Positions 1-11,742 of a stretch of DNA of 64,000 nt are shown here, in pieces. The position numbers were made by a program, and so were the translations under genes. The stretch is from Callorhinchus milii (taxonomy: Eukaryota): contig NW_024704743.1 in the NCBI RefSeq assembly GCF_018977255.1, positions 68,760,001 through 68,824,000 of the forward strand, written 5' to 3'. The first letter of the stretch is position 1; the number at the start of each line of letters is the position of its first letter. A model generated the notes under the pieces. The model was given only the letters and a program-made list of their open reading frames with translations, was not told the DNA's origin and did no database searches.

Positions 1-1497
1 GTTATTTCAAATATCCAGCATTTTTAAAATTTTTATCATCAGTTATTCTCAAGTGGTTCTAATGGTGACCTTGTTCACTTTGTTAGTTTTACTGCGTTTT
101 GCTGCTTTATTTTAGCTTCAGGCCACGAAGGGAGACTTATACCCTTATTTAGCAATAATATATTCAGCACTGATGATCCATGGTTAGAGTACAAAGCTTA
201 AACATTTGCTACTAGCCACTTCTTAAAGCACTACAGACAGTTTTGGCTGAATCCAATTATTTCAGAAGCAGATAGACTGTACCCAACCTATCTATAAAAT
301 AAAGCTGTCTTCCATTTGAAGTATGTAGAGTGCACTTGTCACTGATAATTATTTGAAAATAAGTAACTTAAAGGAGCCGCATATTTTGTTTGTTAAAAAA
401 TGAAAGCTTGATTCTCCTTTGTTTTGTAAAAGGTTAATTTTTCAGACAACATGATTCTTCCTCTCTACCTTGTCTCCAGGCAGAATAACAAACATCATTC
501 AGAATGGCAGTGGCAGGAGTTTTACTCTACACTTAACATATATATATATATAGTATACATATATACACACCTTTTTTTTAAATGGCAGGAGCTTTTCAGC
601 ATCATTTTTGTTTAGCACTTGCAATCTGACCAGCTCCACACTCATCGATGGCAAGTAACAGCAAATTTAAATAAGGACTCCTTTAAGAGCAATTCATTCT
701 GATGGATCAATAGCAACAGTGGAAATGCTAAGTAGACAATCTGCTTTGCTGCTAAAAGGATTTATCTGATTAAGGATTTGCAGCAATTTCTCATTCATTG
801 CAGCCCAGACCTTGTTTATTTATTAGCATTGTTCCTCAATTGGAAGTCTTGTTTGAATAATGAAAAAACATTATGTAGGTTAGAATTTTGTCAATGTTAT
901 TTTAAGAATTGTTCATTTTACAGACAAAGGGTGAAGTCAATGGGACGCGCCAACAGGCTGAGCATGCAAAGGTACTGTACAAAGAGCTTTACAGAGGAGA
1001 GATGCAGAATGGCACCAACCTTCATTATCTCAAGAGTATTCAATCTCACTGCGCCTCCTTATCGACAAACCCCTTTAAGCCTCTATCGTTCATATCCTCT
1101 TGAAACCCACAATGTACTTGGCCTCTATCACCTCACTTGGCAGTGCATTCCACACCCCAGCAATTCTTTAAGTGAAAACATTTCACCTAAGCTCTCCTTT
1201 CACTTGCCTTATGATTAGTTTAGAATGATTGTCCCTCGTCATTGACGCCCCTACTGATGGAAATAACATAAGTATTTTTTATTTGCAAAAGAAATTTGCA
1301 GAACAAAACATAGTTTGACTTTGAATATGTAGATTAAAAACAATAAAATGTGATTATGCTTTATCCCAGCTTACAGGCACATAAAGCCTCAATTCCCTGT
1401 CTTGTCTGTGCACTTGATGTAAAATAATGTTGCTTTGCATTTAGCCAGGACAACCACGAACAATTCATCTTCAAATTAAAATGTAGTCAGGTCATAA

Positions 1498-1503
1498 TTT
1501 ATT
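1498..1503 (-). promoter_or_regulatory. Candidate VOPP1 polyadenylation signal (AATAAA), implying a ~1.2-kb 3' UTR
   Basis: TTTATT on the + strand, followed on the minus strand by U/GU-rich sequence (ttgttcgtggttgt). Other candidate hexamers lie near 815, 1280 and 2450. Confidence 0.35.
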
Positions 1504-2725
1504 ATTTTTAAATCAAATTTTCTTTAATGAGTATTTCTAAAATTAAAACAAAGTTCTTTTTTTAAAAAAAAGGTGCTCTCAGTTTCCAGCTGAGTTGTGG
1601 GTGAAATAATATTTCAAAGTTTTTTTGTTATTAATTATTATTAATCTCAAGGTTACTAATTCCACATCACCTCCTGTCATTGAAGAGTAACATGATCAAT
1701 AACTGAAAACACATTGGGCGCTGAAATAACACAATGACATACAACAAATAGTTTGGGATATGACCTGTGTAAGCGACTGCCAAGATGGTGGAAGGCGAAC
1801 TGGATGGACTTTGGTCTTCTTTTGCCAAGCTAATTCTTATGTTCTTATGAAAAAGCATCAAAACAAATTCATCTACTGGCACAAACTTCTAGATCAAAAC
1901 TGGCCCTAAAAATTAGCAAAGCACCCAACTTCTCTATTCATTTCTGTAAACCAAAATCCCATTTAACATCATACATACTACTAGAGCTCCTCAGGGTAAC
2001 CACAACCAACATGAATTTCATACAAAAATAAATCTAACCTTTTCTGCGAGCCTCTGTGCTGTATTTCCGTGTGAGCGGGGCTGTGAAACCCATGAATCTT
2101 AATCCATTCTCACTAAATTCACTACATTCTTGGACATCTCTGACTTTCTTCTTTACAGCACAGTGCTTCCTTCTGAATCTTCCCAACTTCTTCGTTCGAA
2201 AGACCTTTCTAATATCAAAAGTGTGGCTGGTAAATGGAACAGGATTACAGGAAGGCTACATTTTACTTGTACCTTATTTGGCAATTGTACATTTAGTAAC
2301 AGGTAGACCACCACTAATAAACAAGGGTAGCTTCATTCAGAAAGCACGTTTGTTAAATCTGCCATAAACATTGCCACAAATAAAAAAATCTATATGAAGG
2401 GTCAAAATTACTTATAAGACGTACATTATGTTTTAAGGGGAAACAGCTTTTAATAAAGTCCAGTTTTTACTTTCTTTTTAAAAACTAAAGGTTACATAGT
2501 TTCCCATGTTAAAATCATTGCTGCTTTTAGAGAGTATGTTGATTTGAAGAACTTGAGGTCGGTTCTACAGCACATTAACCTATCAAAGCATCAGAAGCCT
2601 TAATGCAAGACTCCAAGTGCACTGGGACCAAAGTGTACATCTTCAGAGATTTGCAACTCTCCCATGCCATTTCTGCAGAAGGTAAATGGCCAGTCAATGA
2701 TGGAGGCATCCACTGGAGCCCACTC

Positions 2726-2916
2726 TTACTTCTCTGCGTCCTTATTCAAGGTTTTTACGACTTGTTCGTAGGGTGGTGGGGGCTGGTTGCAGTAGGCCGG
2801 TGGGGGGGGATAGGCCGGGTTGAGGAGAGGAGCATTGGGCTGAATTTGGAACGTTGTCCCAATGGGATGAAGAGGTGGCCCAGGTTCGGGGTAATATTGC
2901 ATTCCGACCTGGGGGC
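2726..2916 (-). CDS. VOPP1: VOPP1 last coding exon (Pro-rich tail ...YPPPPAYCNQPPPPYEQVVKTLNKDAEK*), 191 nt including stop
   Basis: Acceptor ttttcctcacAG. Phase 1 joins exon 4. PPPPAYCN-PPPPYEQVVK is the VOPP1 C-terminal signature. TAA at 2728-2726. Confidence 0.96.
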
Positions 2917-3454
2917 CTGTGAGGAAAAGTAAAAGGAGGTTATTATTGCACTAAGCAACACAAAGCACAATGAGATACTGTCCTTTATAGCCCTCGTGTG
3001 GAAGCTTAAAATCCTGCAATTTAACAAGACTGGAGACTGCTGGGTGATGCAAGCTTTTGTTCTCCTCAGTGATCCATTCCTGAAAAATCATAATTTGGTC
3101 TCATTGCTAAAGCCAAAGGGAGAATCTAGGCAACAACAGAGGGCAGATATAGACGTTAGGGTCACTTAATAAACACCTCCCTTCTGCCGGAATATGCATG
3201 TCACTATCCCTGTGTACAATAATCTCCCGAGAGTCAGTTTTATTATCATGCTCAGCTGCAAGCTGCTCTCCTAATCGGCAGAGATCTCCAGCAGGTGACA
3301 TATTGTGTTTCTGGACAACCTAAAGTGACCTGCTGAATCCCAGATGTTCAGTGAGAAACTCCAGCCAGACCCACAATTCACTCTATTTACGTAGCATTTC
3401 AGAGCATCCACAGTTTGGCCTGTGGAGTCCTGTAGTGTATTGGTTAGATCACTT

Positions 3455-4325
3455 TATTCTGATTATTGATATGAACAGGAGACCCCCAAAAATTTACCAA
3501 CAAGTGACTATCCTCCTGGGTGGGTGGAGGTAAACGGGGTCTCCTTGGAAATGAACTGGCTCCAAGGTGACATGTTTGGCAATGGAATGTCGGAATCGAG
3601 CCAACCCTCTGTGGTGGTGTAAGTGATCCAGTTCTCGAGCCAGTCCGGTCCGCAGTATTCCAGGGCACTGCTGATGATAGCACAGCTAGCTTGGCTTAAC
3701 GCCTAATAATAATCCCTCCAAAACAAAACAATAATAAATTGGTCATTTTCAATCTACGACTGTTTGTGGGACATTGCTGTGCGCAATTGGCTGCCGCGTT
3801 CGCCCACAAATATACAGTCAATTCACTTTACAATGTGTTCTGTGAAGCGCTTTGGGACGTCCGCCCGACGTGAAAAGCGCTATATCAAATGCAAGGATTA
3901 TTATTATTATTATTATTATTATTAACGGCAGGAAAGGCGGACCAGTTACTGGGGACAGTGACTCCTTCCACTCATCTCCTGTTAACCCTGCAATCCAAAG
4001 CCTAATAGCTGGACAAGCAGTGGGAAAGCTTGCCAGATACTGCTATCAATGGCAGGCTATGAGGTATTAGCTGGTTAGATTCCAGCAGTACCCCTGGGGT
4101 CCCCAAGCCTTGGCTCTTGCCTAATCACAACAATAAATGCAAGTGGGTGTTGTAATTAGGTAAGCAGGATGTGTCGCTCCAGGGAGAGTGTGCGCATTCC
4201 ATTCCAATAAACATCTCAGAAATTTCCATGTGTAGGTGGGATGCACAGAACTATCAGTTTGGATGCTCTTAAGCATGGTGATGGATATCCGCATGTGTCA
4301 GACACCCAGCTGACCCCCAAAAAAT
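3455..4325 (+). mobile_element. Unclassified interspersed repeat (longest copy, interrupted by the SINE at 3699-3923)
   Basis: Homologous segments at 12750-13300 (-), 30335-30545 (-), 42905-43295 (+) and 47632-47700 (-). Confidence 0.8.
3699..3923 (+). mobile_element. 5'-truncated young SINE flanked by a TTAACG direct repeat
   Basis: Body and (ATT)n tail match the 44953 family. TTAACG occurs at 3696-3701 and 3922-3927. Confidence 0.9.
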
Positions 4326-4444
4326 TCTGAAAAATGCCCAGGCTTTTATATTGTGCAAAATGTTAATTTTAACGGTCCTTATAAATACAGTTATAACATG
4401 CTTCCACAAGCACACAGCCAGCCCCCTAGCTTCCCACATGCCAC

Positions 4445-4574
4445 CTGGATTTCACTCTAACTGCTAGGGAAACAGAGGCATGTGGAGTACGGAAACTTGC
4501 CCAATGTTTCGCCCTGCCTGGGACTCGAACCCAGGTCCTCTCACTAGCAAGATGAGTGCTCTCACCACTGAGCT
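4445..4574 (-). mobile_element. SINE with the same tRNA(Ala)-like head but a different body
   Basis: agctcagtggtgagagcactcatcttgctagtgag...gggttcgagtccc...ttgggcaagtttcc...ccacatgcc, then tctgtttccctagcagt instead of taataataatccc. Confidence 0.75.
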
Positions 4575-4694
4575 TTGATGACCTGGAAGTTGGCCGTTTT
4601 TGCTTTTCAGCAGAAAATGGCACCAGCTGGCTTCTGTGCAGTGAATGAACCAGTTGACTTCTTGCATACAGTCATCAAGTTACCAGCCTCGCTA

Positions 4695-5222
4695 ACAATA
4701 AAATTACATTTGTATAGCGCCTTTCACATCGGAAGAGATCCCAAGGCCCTGGACAGAAAGAGTTACGGACCCAAGCTGGGGGTCGGGGAGGGTGGAGGGC
4801 GGAAGCAGGGAGATCGAAAGTATGGTTGAAGAGGAGGGTCTTGAGATGGGTCTTGAAGGTGGCAAGGGAGGGGGCGAGGTGGAGGGATTGCGGGATGGAG
4901 GTACAGAGGGTGGGGGCAGAGTGGTAGAAGGCCCGCCCACCAATAGTGGGGCGAGTGAGGCGGGGGATGTGAAGCAGGCCAGAGCCCGCTGAGCAGAGGG
5001 AGCGAACAGGATGTTAGGGATTTAGGAGGTCGGAGAGGTTGCAGGGAGCAAGACCATGGAGGGCTTTGAAGATGAGGACCAGGATCTTGAACTGTATTCT
5101 CTGTGATGGGAAGCCAGTGGAGTCGGGCAAGGATGGGGGTGATAGGATCACGGAGCCTAGTGCGGGAGAGGTCACGGGCTGCAGAGTTCTGGATGATGAG
5201 GGAGGAGTTGGGGAGGCCGACA
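4695..5222 (-). mobile_element. L2 LINE 3' fragment
   Basis: RIQFKILVLIFKALHGLAP motif and the tail ggcgctatacaaatgtaatttt. Confidence 0.88.
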
Positions 5223-6095
5223 AGCTAACTTAACCATCCAAACAATTAATAACGCACTGTTCACATCGGAAGCACACCTCAAATTGCTTCATTGCATTTA
5301 ATGGAAGATGCGTATTTTGTGTCAAATAGAATAGCCAATTTGCACCAGCAATGCTCCACAAACAGCCGTGAAGTGAATAATCAATTTTAGCTGAGAAATT
5401 GATGCCAGGACACCGGGAGAAACTCCCTTCTCTTTTCAAATAATGTCATGGGATCTTTAACATTGACCTGAACAGGCAGATAAAACTTTGATTTATCGTC
5501 TTATCTGAAGGACGGCATCTCCAACAATTCAATGCTGCAACATCACTGTATTGAAGTTTCAGCCTAGACTGTGAGTTCAAAGTTATGATGCGAGGCTTAG
5601 ACCCACAACCTTCTCGACCGATGTATTATAATGAGACTCCATTGAATCGAACAGATTATTGGAAACCTATGTCAGTATTCTCTGTGTATGAACCGCTCAA
5701 TATCAATATTACAAATCAATTTTGTTTGAAGATAACTATATGACTAAATAACTATAGTCAGCCAGTGACACATATGAAGTCAGTTTCTGTAGTTATTTAA
5801 TAGACTATCTACGGTACCCTAAAATACAGTAAAGGAACAATTGCGAGAACAGAGATTAAACACCATAAATAATAATTAAGATGAATCGATTCTGGATTTT
5901 TTTTTACCAACTTCAAGTTTATTTAGAGAGTCAGAATTATACTTAACTAAATGAATCAGTGCTCAAATGAAACACGTTATAATGGGACTAAACTGTAGTT
6001 TCATTTTTGGAAATGTTGCAAAGATTTCCCATTAACTTTATTTGTACCTCTGATGTTCCAACTCTGTTTTGAACCCTGAAATGTGCCACACTCAC

Positions 6096-6247
6096 CTCCA
6101 GTGGTCTGACATCCTGTTGTGTTCACTGGATGCCTGGTGAATCCTACACTGAACGGAGGGTCGTCAATCATTCGCGGGGGGTGCATCCGGCGACGGATAA
6201 AAAAGCCAGCGCCACAACAGAACAGGACTCCCATCATCAGAAGGAAC
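6096..6247 (-). CDS. VOPP1: VOPP1 coding exon 4 (FLLMMGVLFCCGAGFFIRRRMHPP...), transmembrane helix and basic stop-transfer, 152 nt
   Basis: Acceptor ctccctatatAG and donor GAG|GTGAGT. FLLMMGVLFCCGAGFFIRRRM is the conserved VOPP1 transmembrane segment. Confidence 0.97.
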
Positions 6248-6606
6248 CTATATAGGGAGATAAAGAAAGTCAGAACAGAACTAGACATCAATGTATTGAG
6301 TTCCATACTCCTCGTCTGTCACTAGTTTTTAAAGTCTAATCTGGCTATTGCTACATGTTAATTGCTTGCTGCTTTCCTGAGTTTGGGCGACTCCTGGCAT
6401 GTTCCCACGTGCTGAACCTCTTTGAAGTAAATGGAGTCGTTCTGGGACCCAGGTGGAGAGGAGATCCCTCAGAACAGCACTCAAGTATATTTTGATTAAA
6501 CTAAACATTTTTATATAACAGATATTTTACGAAAGAGCTGACCAAGCTCATTGGAGCGAAAGTAGCCTCCCTCCACGTTTGACGATTGCTTTCTGTTAAA
6601 ACTCAC

Positions 6607-6684
6607 CAGAAATACCATAGTCGCTGAATGGAAAATGCCCGCATGCAGCATCTTGTACCACAGCAATCCTCATACGCTCGGCAT
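6607..6684 (-). CDS. VOPP1: VOPP1 coding exon 3 (CRAYEDCCGTRCCMRAFSIQRLWYFW), Cys-rich luminal domain, 78 nt
   Basis: Acceptor ttacAG and donor TG|GTGAGT. Near-identical to vertebrate VOPP1 CRSYEDCCGSRCCVRALSIQRLWYFW. Confidence 0.97.
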
Positions 6685-9600
6685 CTGTAACGTAGGAGCT
6701 TTGTGTCAAATGTACCAATTGATGCAATAATAATAATAATAATCCTTGCATTTGATATAGCACCTTTAACGTCAAGAGGATGTCTCACAAGTTCTTCAAA
6801 CTATTTATTGTATAAATATTTATATGTATTTTGTAGGCAGCCAATTTTCAGACAGCATATCCCGCAAACAGCCATGAACTGAACGACCAATTTTATTTTG
6901 GGGATTCTTGGCCAGGACACCAAGATAAATTCCCTTCTTTTTCCAAATAGTGTCATGGGATCTTTGTCATCCACATGAACAGGCAGAAGCTTCCTTGGTT
7001 TTCAATGTTTAATCTGAAGGAGAACACCTCCAACAATGCAGTGGGTCCCCAGAACTACACTGGAGTGACATTAAAAAATTAAAGAATTTTCTGCCTCGTG
7101 TCTACTCCACCAAGGCTCTCTATCGGGTCGGGCTTGACAACGTGAGTTCAAAGTCCTGATGCAGGGCTTGAATCCACAACCTTGTGATTCAGTGGTGAGA
7201 GTGCTGCTAACTAAGCCAGGATGTCACCTGGCCCTGTGTCAGCCTGGCTCAGGGCAACAGCCTGAAAGTGCATTGTCTATGTGAGCACTTCTATTATTCT
7301 CTGTCCCTCAAAAAGCTGCAGCTATTGTCAAGGGAAAATGTGACTGGGAATGTGAATATGTTGCTGCATCATTTACTGTGACAGGTGATGAGCTACATTT
7401 GATTTGCCGATTGCCTCACCATACATTCATTCTATTTCAAGGCTTGAAAGGCAGTTTCACATTTCACATTATCCAGTGAATATTCATTTCCCAATTTAAT
7501 TGCAGCACGTCCCTTGTGTCAGTGCAGCAGAAAGAGGTTAGTAAGCTTCGGAGGAAACAATCTAGATAAGCAGAAAGTGCTTCTCCTTCTCCCCCATTCC
7601 CTTCCCATGGGATAACGAATACACACACGCACAGATGTCGAAAATTATTGTGAACTCTCTCAGCGTAGTACACATTTTCTTATCTTACAGGTAGCTCACA
7701 AACTCGGAACCACCTATTTAAAGAAATAAAACAGCAGAAATCCAGCATGCTCATTTTATGCCTCAGCAATTCATTTAAGAATTCCATCAAGGTTTTGGTC
7801 TTCAAACAAAATTTTAGTAATGGAATATGTGAGGAGAGATGCATTGTATATACTTCTCTCAGCATTCACTTTCTTCATGTGGCTTTTCACCATTATAGTT
7901 CATAATAATAATCTGTGCATTTGATAGAGCGCCTTATCACATTCTTGAGACGTTTCAAAACGCTTCACAGAATATATTGTGAAGTGGATTGATTGACTGT
8001 GCATTATATGGGCAAAATACTGCAGCCAATTAGCATAAAAATGTTGTTTACCATGATGCCACTGCACTTTACAGTAAATCCTGTGAATAGACCCTTCTGA
8101 TGTGAAAGGTGCTATATCAAATGCAAGATTATTATTCATATTATTACCAGCGTACCATTAGAGAGACTTTGGTTGGGTGATTAAAACTATTAGTACAGTG
8201 TTCACACGTGGTTAAGAAAGCAAATAATATTTAATACACAGCCTTTCATGTCAGAAGAACATCTTAAAATACTTCAGAAGATTCACTATAAAGTGTAGTG
8301 GCTGGAGGCAAAATGAAATGTTGGGCTCTATAACTAAGTGGGAAATGCACAATCAAGAGCAGTTATTTTAATATTGAAGTATTCCACACCTGCAGTTTGG
8401 TTCCAAAAATTCCTCCAAAAAAGGATTTAGGGAACAGGTATGAGGGAAGACTGGCCATTCGAGAATAACAACAGCCTTTATACAGCAGGAGTGCTTGACA
8501 AGACAAGGCTGAACACTGAGCAAAGCAGAGGAATGGAGATGTGACCATAAGTGCGATCAACGCAATACCTTTTTACACAGGATTCAGACACAGAGCGAGT
8601 GGGGGTGAGACAGAGCTGGGAAGGAGTTACAAAGGTTGGGGGCGCAATACCTGACTATTCATAGGATTTTTCTCTTACAAAGAGAAGTCGGAAGTGGGAC
8701 TTGAGCTCATGATGTAAAGGGGCACTGCAGGACTGGCCTGGAGAGTGCTGGACTTCATTTGAGACAATAACCTGACTTTTTTGGCTGCCGGATCAGGTGG
8801 ATTTTAAAGATTCCATGATACTATAGTAAATTAAACCAGGAGATATTCTGGCTAATATCCTTCCCTCATTCACTACAAGCTGCTCAATGGGTCACTCATC
8901 TCATTGCTGTTTGTGGGATGTTGCTGTCACAGATTAGGTGCCCTGTTGGCCTGCATATCGACAGTGTATCAACACTCCAAAGTATCTCATCGTATGAAGC
9001 ATCTTGAGACATTTTGAGGTAATGAAGGATTGCATCAAACACAAATGTTCTTACTTTCTATAAAGCATTCTGTTTCTCCATTTTTATGAACTCGATATGC
9101 AAAATTGTAACTTTCATGTCTTTTAAAGGTAGGATCCAATTGTGCCAGAAGAGCTGAATTGTTGTATCGATATCAGAAATGGGGATTAAGAACATTGTCC
9201 GACAGTTTTAGGCGTATCTATGTCTTTTCAAACAATAGTTGTTAATGATCACATGGTTTTCAAGCAAATCTGTCCAAGAAACTTCTATAAACTTTTCTCA
9301 TCTATATTATTAGGGGAAAACAATACATTGTTTGTTAAAAAAAATCCTTAATGGCAAATAAATAGAGGATCCCAAATCTAGTTTAGAAGTTGGTTAAGTG
9401 TTTTATTCACTATTATAGGAATTTTAAAGTGTGTTTTTTTACGCTGGATAGAGACAAATAGTGACCCAGAACTTTAGAGGAGACTAAGGATTGTAATTAA
9501 GATTGAAGCGGCAGCTTGAGAGTCCTAGATCTTGGAAGAGACCCAAAACTCTTGTGAGGAGAAGCAGGTACAGGACTATAAGCCTGTACCTGACAGTGAA

Positions 9601-10571
9601 AGAGAACGCTGAGAGATACAATACAAAATTACATTTGTATAGTGCCTTTCACATCTGAGATGAGACAATGACAGGCTTAAGCACCTTCCAGAGCATTCAT
9701 ACCCACCCCTGTCCGTACTTGTTTTACAGCCAATCTCAGCATCAAACACCCTGGGATTCGGTTAGATGTTAGTAAGCCTTCTACCTCACCGCAATACCAA
9801 AACATTGCTCAATTACTCTAAAACGCCATTTCAATAGTCCACACCAACCATCTGTGTAGCCTCTTTGATATCATCACTATGAGCTATCAGTCTATCCTGA
9901 CAGCGGTAACCTGCCAGCCATGGTATCATCTGGAGTCAAAATAACACTAATATACAACAACAACAAAATTACATTTGTATAGCGCCTTTCACATCGGGAG
10001 GACTTCCCAAGGTACAATCAGTGTTTTGGAGCCGAGCATTTTGTATGGTTATATTGTGTTTACGATAGATTACAAACTTTGGTCACTTCAGCAATTATAA
10101 ATCAACAGCACCTTACATTTATATTGCGCCAAGTGAAGCCTAAATTTGTTTGTTGTGGAAGTAACTTTAAAACTATGGCAAAGCTCCGACTGTCCAGCAC
10201 CTTGGGACATACTTGAAAGGCGCTTATAGAAATGCAATTTGTTACTGTTGAATGACCAGAAATACCCTAGTCAGCAAACACTTCTGCCCTTTAACCACAC
10301 AACACGTGTCTTTTGACTCTATACTCTAGGCTTAGGAAATTGTATAAAGTTTGATCAAACATTACAGCAAGACATGAATGAGATCTGAAATCAGAGGTTT
10401 GTTAGTGCTTTCATTTTTACCAGTTACCTGAGTTTATGTCCAGTTTAGGTAATGACGATAATTAACTCCTCTCTTTCAAGACAAGCAGTCAGTCTGCCGT
10501 GGGTTCATATACTCTCAGTCTGCAATGGTTCTTACTGGACTCTAGTCTACAGCACAAAATTGTCCCAAATA

Positions 10572-11742
10572 TACAACAACAACTTGCACTGACATAGCAC
10601 CCTCCATGCAGGGTAGCGTCTTAGAGCGCTTAACAGTGGCGGAGCCTGACTCTGAGCCGGTGGGGAGGTGGCTGTAAGCACGGTCGAAGAGGAAACTTGT
10701 CAGGCGGGACTTAAAAGAGGAGAGAGAGGGGGCAAGGCAGAGGGATTGAGGGAGAGTGTTCCAGAGTTTTGGGGCATTGTGGCTGAAAGCGCGACCTTTG
10801 ATGGTGGGCAGAGGGTGCGAGGGACGAGCAGGAGGCCGGTGCCAGTTGAGCGGAGGTGCTGGATGGTGGATTGGGGAGTGAGGACGTTGGAGAGGTTGGG
10901 AGGTGCCAGGGAGTGAATGGATTTGAAGTCGATCCGTTCGGTGATGGGGAGCCAGTGGAGCCTGGGCCAGAACTGGTGAGATGTGGGTATGGAGTTTGGT
11001 CTGGGTCAGTATGTGGGCGGCAGAGTTCTGAATGAGCTGGAGCTTGTGAATGCTGGAGCTGGGGAGACCAGCGAAGAGTGCGTTGGAGTAATCCAAGCAG
11101 GAGGTGACAAACGCATGCACGAGGGTTTCGGTTGCATTTGGGGTAAGGTACGGTCAGAGGCAGGCAATATGGTGGAGATAGAAGAAAGCGGTCCTGGTCA
11201 GGGACTGGATGTGGGGGAGGAAGGACAGCTGGGGTTCGAACTGGATGCCTAGGTTGCGCACTGGTTTGGTGAGTCTGAGGGAGAGCCCAGGGAGGTTGAG
11301 GAGTTTAGATCCACAGGAGTGAAGATGTTGACAGGAGCCAAGGAATATGGCTTCCATCTTGTCCATATTCAACTGCAGGAAGTTTACACTCATCCATGCC
11401 TTGATGTCTGCCAGACAAGCTGATAGAACATCGGCGGATCTGGAGTTGGTTCTGAAGGAGGCAAAGTAGATTTGTGTGTCATCTGCTTACATGTGGCAGT
11501 TTACCTCGTGTCTGCAGATGACATCGCCCAGAGGGAGTGTATAGATAAGGAAAAGAAGAGGCCCATGGTTGGAGCCCTGGGATACCCCGCAGGTGACCGG
11601 ACAGGGCCGGGAGGAGAAACCATTTGCTGAGATAAAATGGAGGTGGTTGGTTAAGTAGGACTCGAACCATGCGAGTGCGGTCCCACTAACATAGATGGGG
11701 GAGGAGAGGCGATGGAGGAAGATGCATGGTCGACTGTGTCAA
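10572..11742 (-). mobile_element. L2-clade LINE 3' fragment (degenerate RT C-terminus plus 3' UTR)
   Basis: Frameshifted peptides [61 protein letters not shown], and a (GTT)n tail. Confidence 0.92.

Noticed and set aside
440..520. Plus-strand acceptor-like site (ttcttcctctctaccttgtctccAG) suggesting a terminal exon of a convergent neighbour such as LANCL2
   Set aside because: No recognisable coding sequence follows. Synteny alone does not support a call.
3107..3301. 64-aa minus ORF with a faint Helitron-like pattern (REIIV...DP...PLLLP)
   Set aside because: The similarity is too sparse to separate from chance and there is no flanking Rep/helicase sequence. A profile-HMM search would be needed.
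3645..3945. Type III hammerhead ribozyme (ggtccgc...CTGATGA...GAAA ggcggacc once the SINE is removed)
   Set aside because: There is no room for the NUH cleavage triplet and no clear stem II. Sister copies read TTGATGA and GGAAGGG, so the core is not conserved.
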